64,000 nt of DNA, taken from assembly GCA_038212275.1 (NCBI GenBank), contig JBBQUR010000015.1, positions 32,001 to 96,000 of the forward strand, in the 5' to 3' direction. This DNA is from Planctomycetota bacterium. GTDB taxonomy: Bacteria > Planctomycetota > B15-G4. Made by a program: the position numbers and the translations under genes. The notes under the pieces were generated by a model that had not been told where the DNA came from, made no database searches, and saw nothing but the letters and a program-made list of their open reading frames with translations. This document shows positions 9,313 through 19,530 of this stretch, piece after piece (position 1 is the first letter of the stretch; every line of letters begins with the position of its first letter).

Positions 9313-9418
9313 CCCGGAATCCTAACCGCGGCGGATGCGCAGCCGAGGCGGGGGCCTTGAAGGCCTGCCCTTCGCACGTGGGCGCGGTCACTGGGAAGAT
9401 CGCGCCGCAGCCTTCAGC

Positions 9419-11086
9419 TCACGGCAGGCCCGCGGCAGGGTAGGTCTCCTTGAGCGCCAGATAGATGGAGTCGGCCATCGCGTTGCTGACCGTCGTCTGT
9501 TGCGAGCCGATGTCCGCCAGCTCTGCATTCAAGGGCATCGGGAGAGCCACCGAAACAGCCTGGCCGTCCTGCGTGTGCGAAAGGTTGAGGGTGAACGCTG
9601 AAACCCAGCTGCCGCCATTGATCCGGATTTCCTTCGTGTTCGCGGGCCCGTTGTACCGGGCCATGATGACCATCCACGCATCCAGCGAGACGGGCGTCGT
9701 CACGGGGGCGAGGTCCGAGTCGGCCGTCGTCCCGTTGATGTAGGAAGGCAATCGGAACTTGGCGACGCCGCCTGAGTCGCCGCTCAACTCGATCTGAGGT
9801 GCACCAAGGCCGCCGAAAGCCCCGACGAGCGGCCAGTCACCCGCCTCGATGGAGGGCGGGGTCCTGACAAGAACCCAGAGAAACCCCTCGGAAGCCCCAT
9901 AGATGTTCGCAACGTTGTTACCCGCTGGGATGGTGTTGTCGAGCCGGTCGACATTCAGTCCCGTATCCCCGGCAGTCCTCTTGAGAGTCGACAGGCCACC
10001 GAGCAATCCCGTGTGCATCGGCTGCACACCGCCTACCGTCGGGTTGAAATCCCAGGAGAGATACCCGGCCTCCCGGTGCACGGAGTTTCCCGCGCTGGCC
10101 GTTCCAAACCAGATGAATGAGACGCGGACAGGGAAAGCCGGGAAGCCGATGGTGGGCAGGACGTAGACGGTCTCGTCGTGAGGAACGATGCTCGCCCCTG
10201 CCGCGAATCGCATCGTGAGGTCAAGCGCCGAAAGGTCGGCCGGGGCGACGTAGGTAAAGGCACTCACGAGTGGCGCACTCGGCCCCGTCCCGTTCGTCGT
10301 CGTCACGTCGACCGCACCCGCCGCGTGAGCACCGGTGATCCCGGTGATCGTGGTGGCACCCGTGATGAGAAGGGAAGTCAGGTTGACGCCGCCAACGGCC
10401 GCGGAAGTCAATCCGACGGTGCTGCCAACGAACACCGTGACCGAGGACCCTCCATCGACCGACCCGATGCTCGGAACGATCGCCAAGGGTGCGCCCGTGG
10501 AAGTCGGCGCCAGGATGTCCGCCAGCTGGATCGGGTCACTTGTCCCGCCGAGCTTCAGCTTGGCCTTGGTGGGCGCGTCGAGGACGCCCTCGCCGTCGGT
10601 CGTTCCGGTGAGCTTGAAGGCCGCCTTGAATTTCGCGGTGGCAGTGCCTGTCTTCTTGTTCGGCACGAGGCTCATCGTGATCTTGGCAGTCGCCACGACG
10701 AGCGTGGTCTCGATGTCCAGGCCGGCACCGACCGCGGCTTCCTCGAGCTTGCTCTCGATCCAGTCCTGGACTTGGATCGTGCCCTCGGGGCTCAGCTCTG
10801 CTGCAAGCTTCAGACTGAACACGTTCTTGCGGGTGTAGGTGCCCGAAGCGACGACCGTTCCGTCGAACTGCGCCTCCCACGTGGCGTTCGGCAACAGCGT
10901 CACCGTCGCTTCGTAGAGTGCCTCGTCCTTGACCTTGCCGATGCCCTTGGCCGTGCCCGAGGCCGTGGCCTTGAGGCTCATCACGTGGCAGGTCGTGTCA
11001 TCGAGGTCATAGGCCGGCTTGGAGGGTGCCCAGGCAATGGCGCAGAGAGTCGCGAGAAAGACGGCGCTGTACACGCGGGTGCTCAT
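9419..11086 (-). CDS. Secreted multidomain protein (beta-rich N-domain, IPT/TIG-like domain, LamG-like C-domain)
   Basis: Signal peptide; IPT-like PSIGSVDGG...GAVDVTTTNG..AFTY; C-terminal DAWMVIMARYNG..EIRING resembles LamG/concanavalin folds. Confidence 0.7.
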   Translation of the reverse strand: MSTRVYSAVFLATLCAIAWAPSKPAYDLDDTTCHVMSLKATASGTAKGIGKVKDEALYEATVTLLPNATWEAQFDGTVVASGTYTRKNVFSLKLAAELSPEGTIQVQDWIESKLEEAAVGAGLDIETTLVVATAKITMSLVPNKKTGTATAKFKAAFKLTGTTDGEGVLDAPTKAKLKLGGTSDPIQLADILAPTSTGAPLAIVPSIGSVDGGSSVTVFVGSTVGLTSAAVGGVNLTSLLITGATTITGITGAHAAGAVDVTTTNGTGPSAPLVSAFTYVAPADLSALDLTMRFAAGASIVPHDETVYVLPTIGFPAFPVRVSFIWFGTASAGNSVHREAGYLSWDFNPTVGGVQPMHTGLLGGLSTLKRTAGDTGLNVDRLDNTIPAGNNVANIYGASEGFLWVLVRTPPSIEAGDWPLVGAFGGLGAPQIELSGDSGGVAKFRLPSYINGTTADSDLAPVTTPVSLDAWMVIMARYNGPANTKEIRINGGSWVSAFTLNLSHTQDGQAVSVALPMPLNAELADIGSQQTTVSNAMADSIYLALKETYPAAGLP

Positions 11087-11428
11087 GGCAGGTGCTCCAG
11101 TGCCGGGCGGTTGCCCGACGCGGTATCCACCTGATCGTAGTCGTCAGCGCGCGCGGTGGCTTGTCATTTGAGGGCCGATCTGCGGAAGCGCGTCTTCGCG
11201 GCGGACGTGCCCGGCTGCCGGTGCTCGGCCCCGTGTCCACGGAAACGGGGCAAGGTCAGGGGCGCGCGGGGCGCGCACCCGCCCCCCGGCGTGTCACACC
11301 GGCGCGTGGCTCCCGATTCCATCGTGCCGGGCGAGCGGGCGACATTGCGCCTGTTCCCTCGCTGCGGTCGGCGGCGCCACGTGGCGCCGCGACGCAACTG
11401 CTTGCCACACGTCTCGGAGTCGCTCGCC

Positions 11429-12391
11429 ATGCTTCACGCCCTTCGCCACGCCTTGCCGGCCGCCGCCTGCGCGCTGCTGCTCACCTCCGGCGCAACCGCC
11501 GGCAACCTCGTCGTCAACGGCAGCTTCGAGACCGGGCCGGTGGTCAACCAGTTCATCGACCTGCCCGCCGGTTCGACGGCGATCGCCGGCTGGACCGTGG
11601 GCGGCTTCCACATCGACTACGCCGCTTCGACAACGTGGAACGCGTCGGACGGCTCGCACAGCGTCGACCTCGATGGCAGCGTCGCGACCCAACCCCGCAA
11701 CGGCTCGATCTTCCAGTCCTTCGCGACGACGCCCGGCCAGCAGTACAAGGTCACGTTCGACCTGAGCGGCAACACCTCGGGCGCCCCGACCGTGAAGCAG
11801 CTCGAAGTGAGTGCGGGCAACGCCGTGCAGGTCTACTCCTGCGACATCGGCACGATCGTGGCCTACGTGCCGCCGCTGGTGATCGTCTACAAGCCGCAGA
11901 CCTTCCTGTTCACCGCGACCTCCACCATGTCGACGCTCACGTTCAAGAGCCTCACGCAGCTCGGCCCGGCGCTGCCCGGATATGGCGCGGTCATCGACAA
12001 CGTGTGCGTCGAGCCAGCCTCTCCCTGGACCGACCTCGGCTTCGCGCTCGCCGGCGTCGCCGGCCTGCCGCAGCTCGTTGGCACGGGTCCGCTGACTGCG
12101 GGCTCGTCCGGCTCGATCGTGCTGAGCCACGCCGCGCCATCAGCGCCCTCGCTGCTCTTCATCGCGCTCGCCGCGCACCCGACGCCATTCAAGTGCGGCA
12201 CGCTGCTGCCGGTGCCGTGGGTCTCCACCTTCGCGCTCGGCACGAGCCCGGCCGGCGGCATCCCGCTCGGATGGGCCGCGTGGCCCGCGGGCCTCTCGGG
12301 CCTCTCGCTCCACTTCCAGTACGCCGTGAAGGACAACGCCGGCATCTGCGGCGTCTCACTCAGCAACGCGGTGCGCGGCAACGTGCCGTGA
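11429..12391 (+). CDS. Secreted choice-of-anchor C (DUF642-like) protein with shared C-terminal domain
   Basis: Signal peptide; GNLVVNGSFE, IAGWTV, ASDGSHSVDLDG, YKVTFDLSGN, IDNV motifs. Confidence 0.85.
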   Translation: MLHALRHALPAAACALLLTSGATAGNLVVNGSFETGPVVNQFIDLPAGSTAIAGWTVGGFHIDYAASTTWNASDGSHSVDLDGSVATQPRNGSIFQSFATTPGQQYKVTFDLSGNTSGAPTVKQLEVSAGNAVQVYSCDIGTIVAYVPPLVIVYKPQTFLFTATSTMSTLTFKSLTQLGPALPGYGAVIDNVCVEPASPWTDLGFALAGVAGLPQLVGTGPLTAGSSGSIVLSHAAPSAPSLLFIALAAHPTPFKCGTLLPVPWVSTFALGTSPAGGIPLGWAAWPAGLSGLSLHFQYAVKDNAGICGVSLSNAVRGNVP

Positions 12392-12462
12392 GGCCGGCCG
12401 CGCCGCTGCTACGTCGCCCCACTCTGCCTCCCGTCCATCACTCGATCAGGGATCTGAGAACC

Positions 12463-13428
12463 ATGACCCGACTCATCTCCCGCGCGCTGACCTCCGCCGC
12501 CTGCGCGCTGCTTCTCGCCTCCGCCGCGTCCGCCGGCAATCTCCTCGTGAACGGCAGCTTCGAGAGCGGGCCGCCCGTGCCCGGCCTCTACGTGAATCTG
12601 CTGGAAGGCTCCACCGCCATCCCCGGCTGGACCGTGGGCGAGCACCAGATCGACTACGTCGGGCCGTCGGCGTGGAACGCCTCGCAGGGACAGTTCAATC
12701 TCGACCTCGACGGCAGCGTGGGCCAGCCGCGCAACGGGTCCATCTACCAGACCTTCGCGACGACGATCGGGCAGCAGTACGTCGTGAGCTTCGACCTGAG
12801 CGGCAACATCTGGGGCCTGCCGCTGGTGAAGCAGGTGGAGGTCAGCGCCGGCAATGCCGTGGAGGTGCACTCGTTCGACATCGGCGCGGTGGTGCCGTTC
12901 GTCACGCCGGGGACGCTGTCCTACACGCACGAGACCCTCGTGTTCGTCGCGGTGTCGACGAGCACGACGCTCACCTTCAAGAGCCTCACGCAGCTCAGCT
13001 CCACCGCGCCCGACCACGGCCCGGTGCTCGACAACGTCGTCGTCGAGGCCGGCACCGCCACGTGGACCGACATCGGATTCGCGCTCGCCGGCGTCGCGGG
13101 CAAGCCGCAGCTCGACGGTACGGGCTCGCTCGTCGCAGGTTCACCCGGTGCGCTCGTGCTGAGCCACGCGGCGCCATCAGCGCCCGCACTGCTCTTCATC
13201 GCGCTCGCCGCGCACCCGACGCCATTCAAGTGCGGCACGCTGCTGCCGGTGCCGTGGGTCGTCTCCTTCGCGCTCACCACGAGCCCGGCCGGCAGCCTCA
13301 CGCTTCCATGGGCCGCGTGGCCCGCAGGCCTCTCGGGCCTCGGCATCTACTACCAGGTCGCCGTGAAGGACAACGCCGGCATCTGCGGCGCATCACTCAG
13401 CAATGCGGTGCGCGGCAAGGTGCCATGA
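12463..13428 (+). CDS. Secreted choice-of-anchor C (DUF642-like) protein, tandem paralog, with shared C-terminal domain
   Basis: GNLLVNGSFE, IPGWTV, YVVSFDLSGN, GPVLDNV; 3' third nearly identical to the upstream gene. Confidence 0.85.
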   Translation: MTRLISRALTSAACALLLASAASAGNLLVNGSFESGPPVPGLYVNLLEGSTAIPGWTVGEHQIDYVGPSAWNASQGQFNLDLDGSVGQPRNGSIYQTFATTIGQQYVVSFDLSGNIWGLPLVKQVEVSAGNAVEVHSFDIGAVVPFVTPGTLSYTHETLVFVAVSTSTTLTFKSLTQLSSTAPDHGPVLDNVVVEAGTATWTDIGFALAGVAGKPQLDGTGSLVAGSPGALVLSHAAPSAPALLFIALAAHPTPFKCGTLLPVPWVVSFALTTSPAGSLTLPWAAWPAGLSGLGIYYQVAVKDNAGICGASLSNAVRGKVP

Positions 13429-13701
13429 GCCCCGCAAAGTGCTCCGCCCGCTGTGAGTGACGACCGCCCGCGAGAGGGGCGCAGGTCAAACAAGCGCCCC
13501 CCACCGTTCCGCAGCGCCCGCAGGGTGCCCTCCCTTCGGCCGTGAATGCCGGCCCGCCCGCGAAACGGCGCCACCTGGCAGCGGCAGGGCCGCAGCCGGA
13601 CCGCGCGCGGGCCGATCCGTCGATCCGGGCCCCTTCGGAGGGCGCTCCGGGCCGAGGGCGAGGTCAACTCGGGCGCTGGCCTCTGCTAGCCTGCGGCCGT
13701 G

Positions 13702-16599
13702 ATGCGCAAAGGGGCCATGATCGTTGCGGTGCTGCTGGTGATGGTGGCTGCCGCGCTCGTGTTTCTAGGCCGGCCGCAGGATGCGGCGAATGACGACGTG
13801 GCCGTGCTGGCGCCGGTTTGCAGCTCGGTTGTCGAAGCCGCGACCCACGCACCCGATCTCAAGAGCGATGACACGTCGCGGTCGGCGCAGCCGCTGCACG
13901 CGCCGTTCGTCGTCGCGTCGCGCGCGGTCGATGCGCTGAACGCGGTGACAAACGCAGGCTCCGCGCGCGCGACCGCCGACGGCGCCGCACCCGCCTCCGC
14001 GTGGCGCGGTGTCGTCGTCGATGCGGATGGCGCGCCGCTGGCCGGCGCGCGCGTCGGGCGACTGCCGGCGCAAATCACTTTCAACTTCATCGCCGGACCG
14101 AGCGCGACGAACCCGACGCTGTTTGCCGACGCGACGTGGACCGACACCGGCGCCGACGGCTCGTTCGAGCTGCCATGGGCGCGGCCCGACAAGGACAACA
14201 TGCGCTGGGATGTCGTGGTGATCGGCGCCGGCCACGTGCCGCGACTGGTCCAGTGCGAGGACGCGCTGCTCGAGGGCGGCGACCTCGGCACGCTGGCACT
14301 GAGGCGCGGCGCCACTCTCACGGCGCGCCTGCTCGAAGCCGATGACACGCCTGTCGTCGGCGCGACGGTGACCGCCTCGCTGGGTCCATTCGGCGTGCGA
14401 CCCTTCACCGGCGCCCCCCCGCCGCCGCTCGGCCTGAACGAAGCGCTGCTCCAGGTGCGCACGGGAGACGACGGGCGCTTCACGCTCGCCGGGCTGCCGG
14501 GCGCGGACGTGTCGCTGCACATCAAAGCGGTGGGGCACGAGGACCTCGAGCTGCCCGTGCAAACGCTGGCGGCCGAAGGGGCGCTCGATCTGGGCGACCT
14601 GCGCATGTCGCGCGGCGGCCGCGTCTCGGGGCGCGTGCTCGATGTGCTCGGCGCACCCATCGCCGGAGCCGAAGTGCGCGCCAGCATCTCGGGACTCGAG
14701 ACACTGAAACTGTTCGAGCACGGCGTCCACTACGAGCTGGCGTCGGCGCGGTCCGGGATCACCACCGGGATTGACCGGTACAGCCTGCACGAGGCAGCGG
14801 CCTGCGTGACGGCAACCGATGCGGACGGCCGCTTTACGATCGACGGCCTCGTCAAGCCGATGTGCGCGGTGATCGCCGTGGCGCCGGGATACGAGCCGGT
14901 AGCTGCGGGCGAGTTTCCCATCGGCACGAGCGGCATCGAGCTGCGCCTGCAGCGCCTCGGCATGCTGCACGTGCGCATCGTGGACGATGCGGACGGCTCG
15001 CCGCTGGAGGACGCGACGCTGTCTCTCGTGCGCCGCCTCGGCTCCGATGCCAACTCGGAGGACGATCTTGGTGAAGCGATCGTCGTCGAGCGCTCCGGTC
15101 CGGGAGAGTTCATCGCGCACGGCATCTGCGACACGTCCTTCCTCGCGCTCGTGCGGTCGCCGGCGCTCGGCCTCGCCTTCGTGCCGCTGGACGGCCTCCC
15201 GTTCGGCCAGCTCCCTGCCGAGGCCTCGGTCGTGGTGCGCGTGCCGCGTGCGGCCTCGATCGAGGGTCGCGTCGTCACGTCGGCGGGCGAGTCCGTGCCG
15301 AAGGCGCGCGTGACACTCGCGCCCGGTTCGTATGCACAGTGCTTCGGCAAAGTACGCGAGGTCATCCTGCCGGTGGACAGGGAGGGGCGCTTCGCCTCCG
15401 GGCCGCTCCCGGCGGGACGCTGGGTCTTGACCGCCTCCGCGAAAGGACTTCACGTCGAAGCGCTCGACCTCACCCTGGTGCCGGGGCAGTCGGAGAGCGA
15501 TGTGTCGCTGCGCCTCTGCCGCGAGGTCTCGCTGTCCGTGCTGCAGCTCGACGCGGCCGGGCAGCCGGTGGTCGGCGCGCAGTTGAACGTCGTGAATGCT
15601 GCACGCCCCGCGGGTGGTGCCGATGTCCTGGGCTGGCGGAGCACAGACGCCACGGGCCGCGCAGAGTTCAGCGTGCCGGCCGGCGCGCTGCGCCTCGAGC
15701 AACGCAAGCCGCCGCTCGTCGTGGAGCTCGGCGTCCTGGCGGAGGGCGAGCAGCGCGTGTTGACGCTTCAGCAGCCGCGCGCGGCGGTGCTGCAGGGCAC
15801 GGTGCGCGCCGCTGCGTCGCCGGTTGCGGGCGCGGTGGTCTCCTTCACGCACGCCATGGGCCTGGTGCACACGACGACCGACGGCGCCGGGCGTTACCGC
15901 CTCGAGATTCCCGGCGACATGAGCGGCCGGGTGCGCGCGGTGTCGCCGCGCGGCGGCTTCGCGGTGCGGCAACTCGACACGCCGGCCGGCGCGACGCTCG
16001 ACGTGGACCTGGATTTCGGCGACCTCGTCCTGCACGGCACGGTGATCGACGTCGTCACCGGCGAGGGCGTCGCCGGGCTGTCCTTCCTGGTGTCGGGCCC
16101 CTCCGACTCGCCCTTCGTGCCCTCGGTCAAGAGCGACGCCACCGGCCGCTTCACGCTGGAGCATTTCGATGCAGGCACGTGGACCATCGGCGTGCGCGGC
16201 GACGACATCACGACGACCGAGCCCGTGGCTGTCACGTTGCCCGCCGCGCAGGACCTCGTCGTGCGCGTCGTGCGCACCGGCTCGGTGAGCGGCGTCGTGC
16301 GCCAGGCGCAGGGCTTCCCGGCAGCGAGCTTCCACTCGGTCTACCTGCTGGGTGCGGACAGCGCCGAGAACGCGGACCTGAACTGGGCGGCGCCGGGCAG
16401 TGCCGCTGCGCCGGACGGCGCTTTCCGTTTCACGGGCGTCGCGCCCGGCGACTACGTGCTGTGTGTCACGCGCCCGATGCATCGGGGAGGTCCGGGCAGG
16501 GACGTGATCGAGGCGCTGGCCTGGACGCGCGCCACCGTGCACGTGTCGTCGGGCGCCGACACCCAACAGGATCTGGTGCTGCCCGCCGGCATGCCGTGA
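13702..16599 (+). CDS. Membrane-anchored protein with multiple carboxypeptidase-regulatory-like (prealbumin-fold) domains
   Basis: N-terminal TM; repeated G.V.D..G.P..GA.V...T.ADGRF units. Confidence 0.85.
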   Translation: MRKGAMIVAVLLVMVAAALVFLGRPQDAANDDVAVLAPVCSSVVEAATHAPDLKSDDTSRSAQPLHAPFVVASRAVDALNAVTNAGSARATADGAAPASAWRGVVVDADGAPLAGARVGRLPAQITFNFIAGPSATNPTLFADATWTDTGADGSFELPWARPDKDNMRWDVVVIGAGHVPRLVQCEDALLEGGDLGTLALRRGATLTARLLEADDTPVVGATVTASLGPFGVRPFTGAPPPPLGLNEALLQVRTGDDGRFTLAGLPGADVSLHIKAVGHEDLELPVQTLAAEGALDLGDLRMSRGGRVSGRVLDVLGAPIAGAEVRASISGLETLKLFEHGVHYELASARSGITTGIDRYSLHEAAACVTATDADGRFTIDGLVKPMCAVIAVAPGYEPVAAGEFPIGTSGIELRLQRLGMLHVRIVDDADGSPLEDATLSLVRRLGSDANSEDDLGEAIVVERSGPGEFIAHGICDTSFLALVRSPALGLAFVPLDGLPFGQLPAEASVVVRVPRAASIEGRVVTSAGESVPKARVTLAPGSYAQCFGKVREVILPVDREGRFASGPLPAGRWVLTASAKGLHVEALDLTLVPGQSESDVSLRLCREVSLSVLQLDAAGQPVVGAQLNVVNAARPAGGADVLGWRSTDATGRAEFSVPAGALRLEQRKPPLVVELGVLAEGEQRVLTLQQPRAAVLQGTVRAAASPVAGAVVSFTHAMGLVHTTTDGAGRYRLEIPGDMSGRVRAVSPRGGFAVRQLDTPAGATLDVDLDFGDLVLHGTVIDVVTGEGVAGLSFLVSGPSDSPFVPSVKSDATGRFTLEHFDAGTWTIGVRGDDITTTEPVAVTLPAAQDLVVRVVRTGSVSGVVRQAQGFPAASFHSVYLLGADSAENADLNWAAPGSAAAPDGAFRFTGVAPGDYVLCVTRPMHRGGPGRDVIEALAWTRATVHVSSGADTQQDLVLPAGMP

Positions 16600-16678
16600 C
16601 GCTGCGCGGTTTGCGCCGGTATGCCTGAGGCTGCGCGGTGTGCGTCGGCATGCCTGAGGCTGCGCGCGGTGCGCCGGC
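16591..16678. repeat. Three degenerate 29-30-bp tandem repeats (atgcctgaggctgcgcggtgtgcgtcggc) between convergent genes
   Basis: Units at 16591, 16621 and 16650. Confidence 0.75.
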
Positions 16679-16700
16679 TCAGCGCGCGCTCAAGGCCACT

Positions 16701-18026
16701 TCAGCGAGCCGCCAGCCACGCGCGCCACGCGGCGGCGAATGTCCTGTTGGAGTTCGGCGGCGCACTGTCGGGCCCGTCGGCGAAGTCCGGGCCGCCGCCG
16801 TACAGCCAGCGCAAGGCCTTGTCGAAGCCGGCAAGCTGCGCCTGCCTGGCGGGCGCCTGCTCATCCGCGGCGAACACATCGAGACACCGACCCACGAAGG
16901 GTTTCGCGCCGGCGGCGAGTCCCTGCATCAGCATCAGGGCGTCACTCGCATTCAGTCGCCGGCACTCATCAAAGGTGGGAGCAAGGTCGCGGCCCAGCTC
17001 CTCGAAGGCCTCGGCATCGAAGGCCGCCGTCCGCGTGCAGTCTTCCTCGTGATGCTCTCGCTCGCGATGCGCGGGAATGTGGACGGCGATCCAGCGCATC
17101 GAGGCAGCGTCATCGTCGCGGTAGACGGCGACGACCGCGAAGCCGGTGCACGGGTCGCCCCCGTTGAAGTTGACGGTCAGCAGGCGCGCGCGCTCCGCGC
17201 CGTCGAGGGCGCCGCGGCGCGCCAGTTCCGAGCGCGCGACCTCGGGCCCCACCGACTTCGGGAAGCGAGTCGTCAGCGCCGCCAGCAGCAGCGTGCCTTC
17301 CTCGACGTGCCCGGTGCGCAGCAGCAGCAGACCGTAGCGCGCGAAGAGCAGGTCCTCGCCGGCGATGCCGCCGCGCTCCGGCTCCGAGATCACCGAGGCG
17401 TCCAGGGCGGCCTCGTGCAGGAGCGCCAGCGCGCCGCCGAAATCTCCGCGCCGCTCCGCGAGCTCGGACTTGCGCTGGAAGACCACCACGGTGTTCTCCG
17501 CCGTGCACCAGATGCACGCATCGGCGCCCCAGGTGTCCACGTCGTCGAGAATGCGCTGCGCCTCGTCGAAGCGCCCGAGGAGGTCGAGCAGCACGTAGCG
17601 ATCCATCTGCGACGACACGCTCTGGGTGGCGCCGGTCTCCGGCAGGCCTTGGTCGCCGACACTTTCGAGCAGTTCCTGTGCGGCTGCCTGCAGCGCCGGC
17701 CACTGCGGCGCGGCGCGCGGATCACCGCCGAAGCGCTGCGGATACAGAGCGAGCCGCGCCGCGAGCACCGAGCCGGGATCAGGCGCACAGAATTTGCGGC
17801 TCGCGCCGAAGCACTCGCGCATCTGCACGAGCAGACCCTGGAGTTCGAGGAACTCCTGTTCGACGGCGCCGTCCGGGTTTGTCGCCGCAACGTGCGGGTC
17901 GCCTGCGGCCGAGGCGTCCTGCCCCTGAATCGCCTCGGTGGCTCCGCGCGGTGGGTCCTGTGCCAACGCAGCGCGCGAGCCGCAGACGAGCATCACCACC
18001 GCGAGGGCCCCGAGCGCCGGCTTCAT
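16701..18026 (-). CDS. Secreted helical-repeat (TPR-like) protein of unknown family with GADxCxxCTA motif
   Basis: Signal peptide MKPALGALAVVMLV; ATGA overlap with the upstream paralog; GADACIWCTAEN. Confidence 0.75.
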   Translation of the reverse strand: MKPALGALAVVMLVCGSRAALAQDPPRGATEAIQGQDASAAGDPHVAATNPDGAVEQEFLELQGLLVQMRECFGASRKFCAPDPGSVLAARLALYPQRFGGDPRAAPQWPALQAAAQELLESVGDQGLPETGATQSVSSQMDRYVLLDLLGRFDEAQRILDDVDTWGADACIWCTAENTVVVFQRKSELAERRGDFGGALALLHEAALDASVISEPERGGIAGEDLLFARYGLLLLRTGHVEEGTLLLAALTTRFPKSVGPEVARSELARRGALDGAERARLLTVNFNGGDPCTGFAVVAVYRDDDAASMRWIAVHIPAHREREHHEEDCTRTAAFDAEAFEELGRDLAPTFDECRRLNASDALMLMQGLAAGAKPFVGRCLDVFAADEQAPARQAQLAGFDKALRWLYGGGPDFADGPDSAPPNSNRTFAAAWRAWLAAR

Positions 18027-19273
18027 CGCGCCGCCAGCCATGCGCGCCACTCACCGGCGAACTGCGCACCGTCACCTTCGTTCAGCGAGCGAGACAGGCT
18101 CGGCCCGCCGCCATGCACCCAGCGCAGCACTGCGTCGATCGGACCGGTGGTCGCGAGGGAGGTCTCTCCGCCACTCACCTGCGCGAGGAGCGGCTCGACG
18201 TACGGCGCCGCACCACCGCGCAGGCCCTGCGCGAGCCGCAACGCGGGGCCGACCATCCACGGTCGCTGCTCGTTGCCGAGCAGATTCGTTTCGAGTGCCG
18301 GCCGGAGCTGCTCGAATCCTTCCGGGTCGAAGGTCGCGGTGTGCGAACCCCACTCGTCTCCGGTGTTGGGCAGGCGCGCTGCGAGGATCTGCAGCCAGCC
18401 GGGGCGGGCCGCGTCGGTCAGCACGAGGGCGGCGGTCATCCGGCAGTAACCGCCCCACTCGAGGATCACGACGTCGAGTGCGGGCTGCGCCTCGTCGACC
18501 GCCACGCCGCGCCGCGCGAGTTCGGCCTGCGCGAGCTCGGCACCGATGCTGCCTGGGTAGACGCGTACCACGAAACGGAGCACGCCCTCGCCCTCGGTGC
18601 CGTGGCCGGTGCTGCACAGCAGCAGGCCGTAGCGGGCGTGCATCAGGTGCGCGCTCGGATGCTGGCCGCCGCCGATCACGGCATCCGGCAACTCGAAGCA
18701 GGCCTCCTGCTGCCAGCGCAGCGCGCCCGCGAGGTCTCCGGCGCGCTCGCAGGCCTCCGAGCGGCGCTGATACACGACGAAGCCGTTGTCGGCGGTGCAG
18801 GTGTGGCAGCCGTCCGCGCCGAAGACGCGCACGTTCTCGAGGATCGCCTGCGCCTCATCCGCGCGACCGACAAGGTCGAGCAGTACGGAGCGGTCCATCT
18901 GGCGCGCCACGTCGTAGTCGCTGAGCGGCGCACGCGTGGCCGGGTTGTCGAGGCGGTCGAGGAGTGCCTGCGCCGCGGCGGCCAGCGCCGGCCACTGCGG
19001 CTCGAGCCGCGGATCGGTGCCGAAGCGCCACCGGAACACGGCGAGCCGCACGGCAATATCGGAGCACGGATTGGGCGCGCACCATTTGCGCGAACGCCCG
19101 AAGGACTCGGGGACCTGGGCGAGCAATGCCTGGAGTGCGCGCAACTCACGCGCGATGGCGGCATCGGCAACGGGCGCCGCCGGCGGCGCTGCGTCCTGTG
19201 CGGCGTGCGCGCTGATCGACAGCGCGGCCGCCGCCAGCACGACTCCACGAAGCCCGGTCATCAGAGTCATCAT
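18023..19273 (-). CDS. Secreted helical-repeat protein, paralog of 16701-18026
   Basis: Signal peptide ending in AHA; GADGCHTCTADN; same C-terminus WRAWLAAR. Confidence 0.75.
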   Translation of the reverse strand: MMTLMTGLRGVVLAAAALSISAHAAQDAAPPAAPVADAAIARELRALQALLAQVPESFGRSRKWCAPNPCSDIAVRLAVFRWRFGTDPRLEPQWPALAAAAQALLDRLDNPATRAPLSDYDVARQMDRSVLLDLVGRADEAQAILENVRVFGADGCHTCTADNGFVVYQRRSEACERAGDLAGALRWQQEACFELPDAVIGGGQHPSAHLMHARYGLLLCSTGHGTEGEGVLRFVVRVYPGSIGAELAQAELARRGVAVDEAQPALDVVILEWGGYCRMTAALVLTDAARPGWLQILAARLPNTGDEWGSHTATFDPEGFEQLRPALETNLLGNEQRPWMVGPALRLAQGLRGGAAPYVEPLLAQVSGGETSLATTGPIDAVLRWVHGGGPSLSRSLNEGDGAQFAGEWRAWLAAR

Positions 19274-19369
19274 TGCGGGTGCCCTTGCTGCGCCGCTGCG
19301 CGTGTTCCCGGAGTGCCCGGGCCAGGAAGTGCCCGCGGCCGGGCGGGAGGTTACCGGAGGCTCCCGTGT

Positions 19370-19470
19370 TCGCGCTGTCCAGCCACTCGTGCCACGCCTG
19401 CGCGAAGGCGTCGAACGCATCGAGGACTCGATCGCATGCGGGCCGCCCGCGCCGTAGGATCCGCAGGCCC
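19370..19470 (-). pseudogene. Relic C-terminus of a third CxxC/TPR-like paralog
   Basis: Reads LRI-/YGAGGP...FAQAWHEWL across frameshifts, matching LRWLYGGGP...FAAAWRAWL in the intact paralogs. Confidence 0.5.
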
Positions 19471-19530
19471 GGTGAAGTAGTGTTCCGCGATCGGCCGATC
19501 GCGCGGTCTGTGCGGCTCGGGGAAATCACC

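Noticed and set aside
11026..12462. N-terminal ~480 aa of the 800-aa ORF 11026-13428
   Set aside because: Off-frame overlap with the gene at 11429-12391; the real start is 12463, which has a signal peptide.
16591..16678. ~30-bp repeats as a CRISPR array
   Set aside because: Head-to-tail with no spacers, and no cas genes in the window.
18790..18815. CHTC as a heme c binding site
   Set aside because: CxxC is followed by Thr, not His; the paralog has CIWCT.
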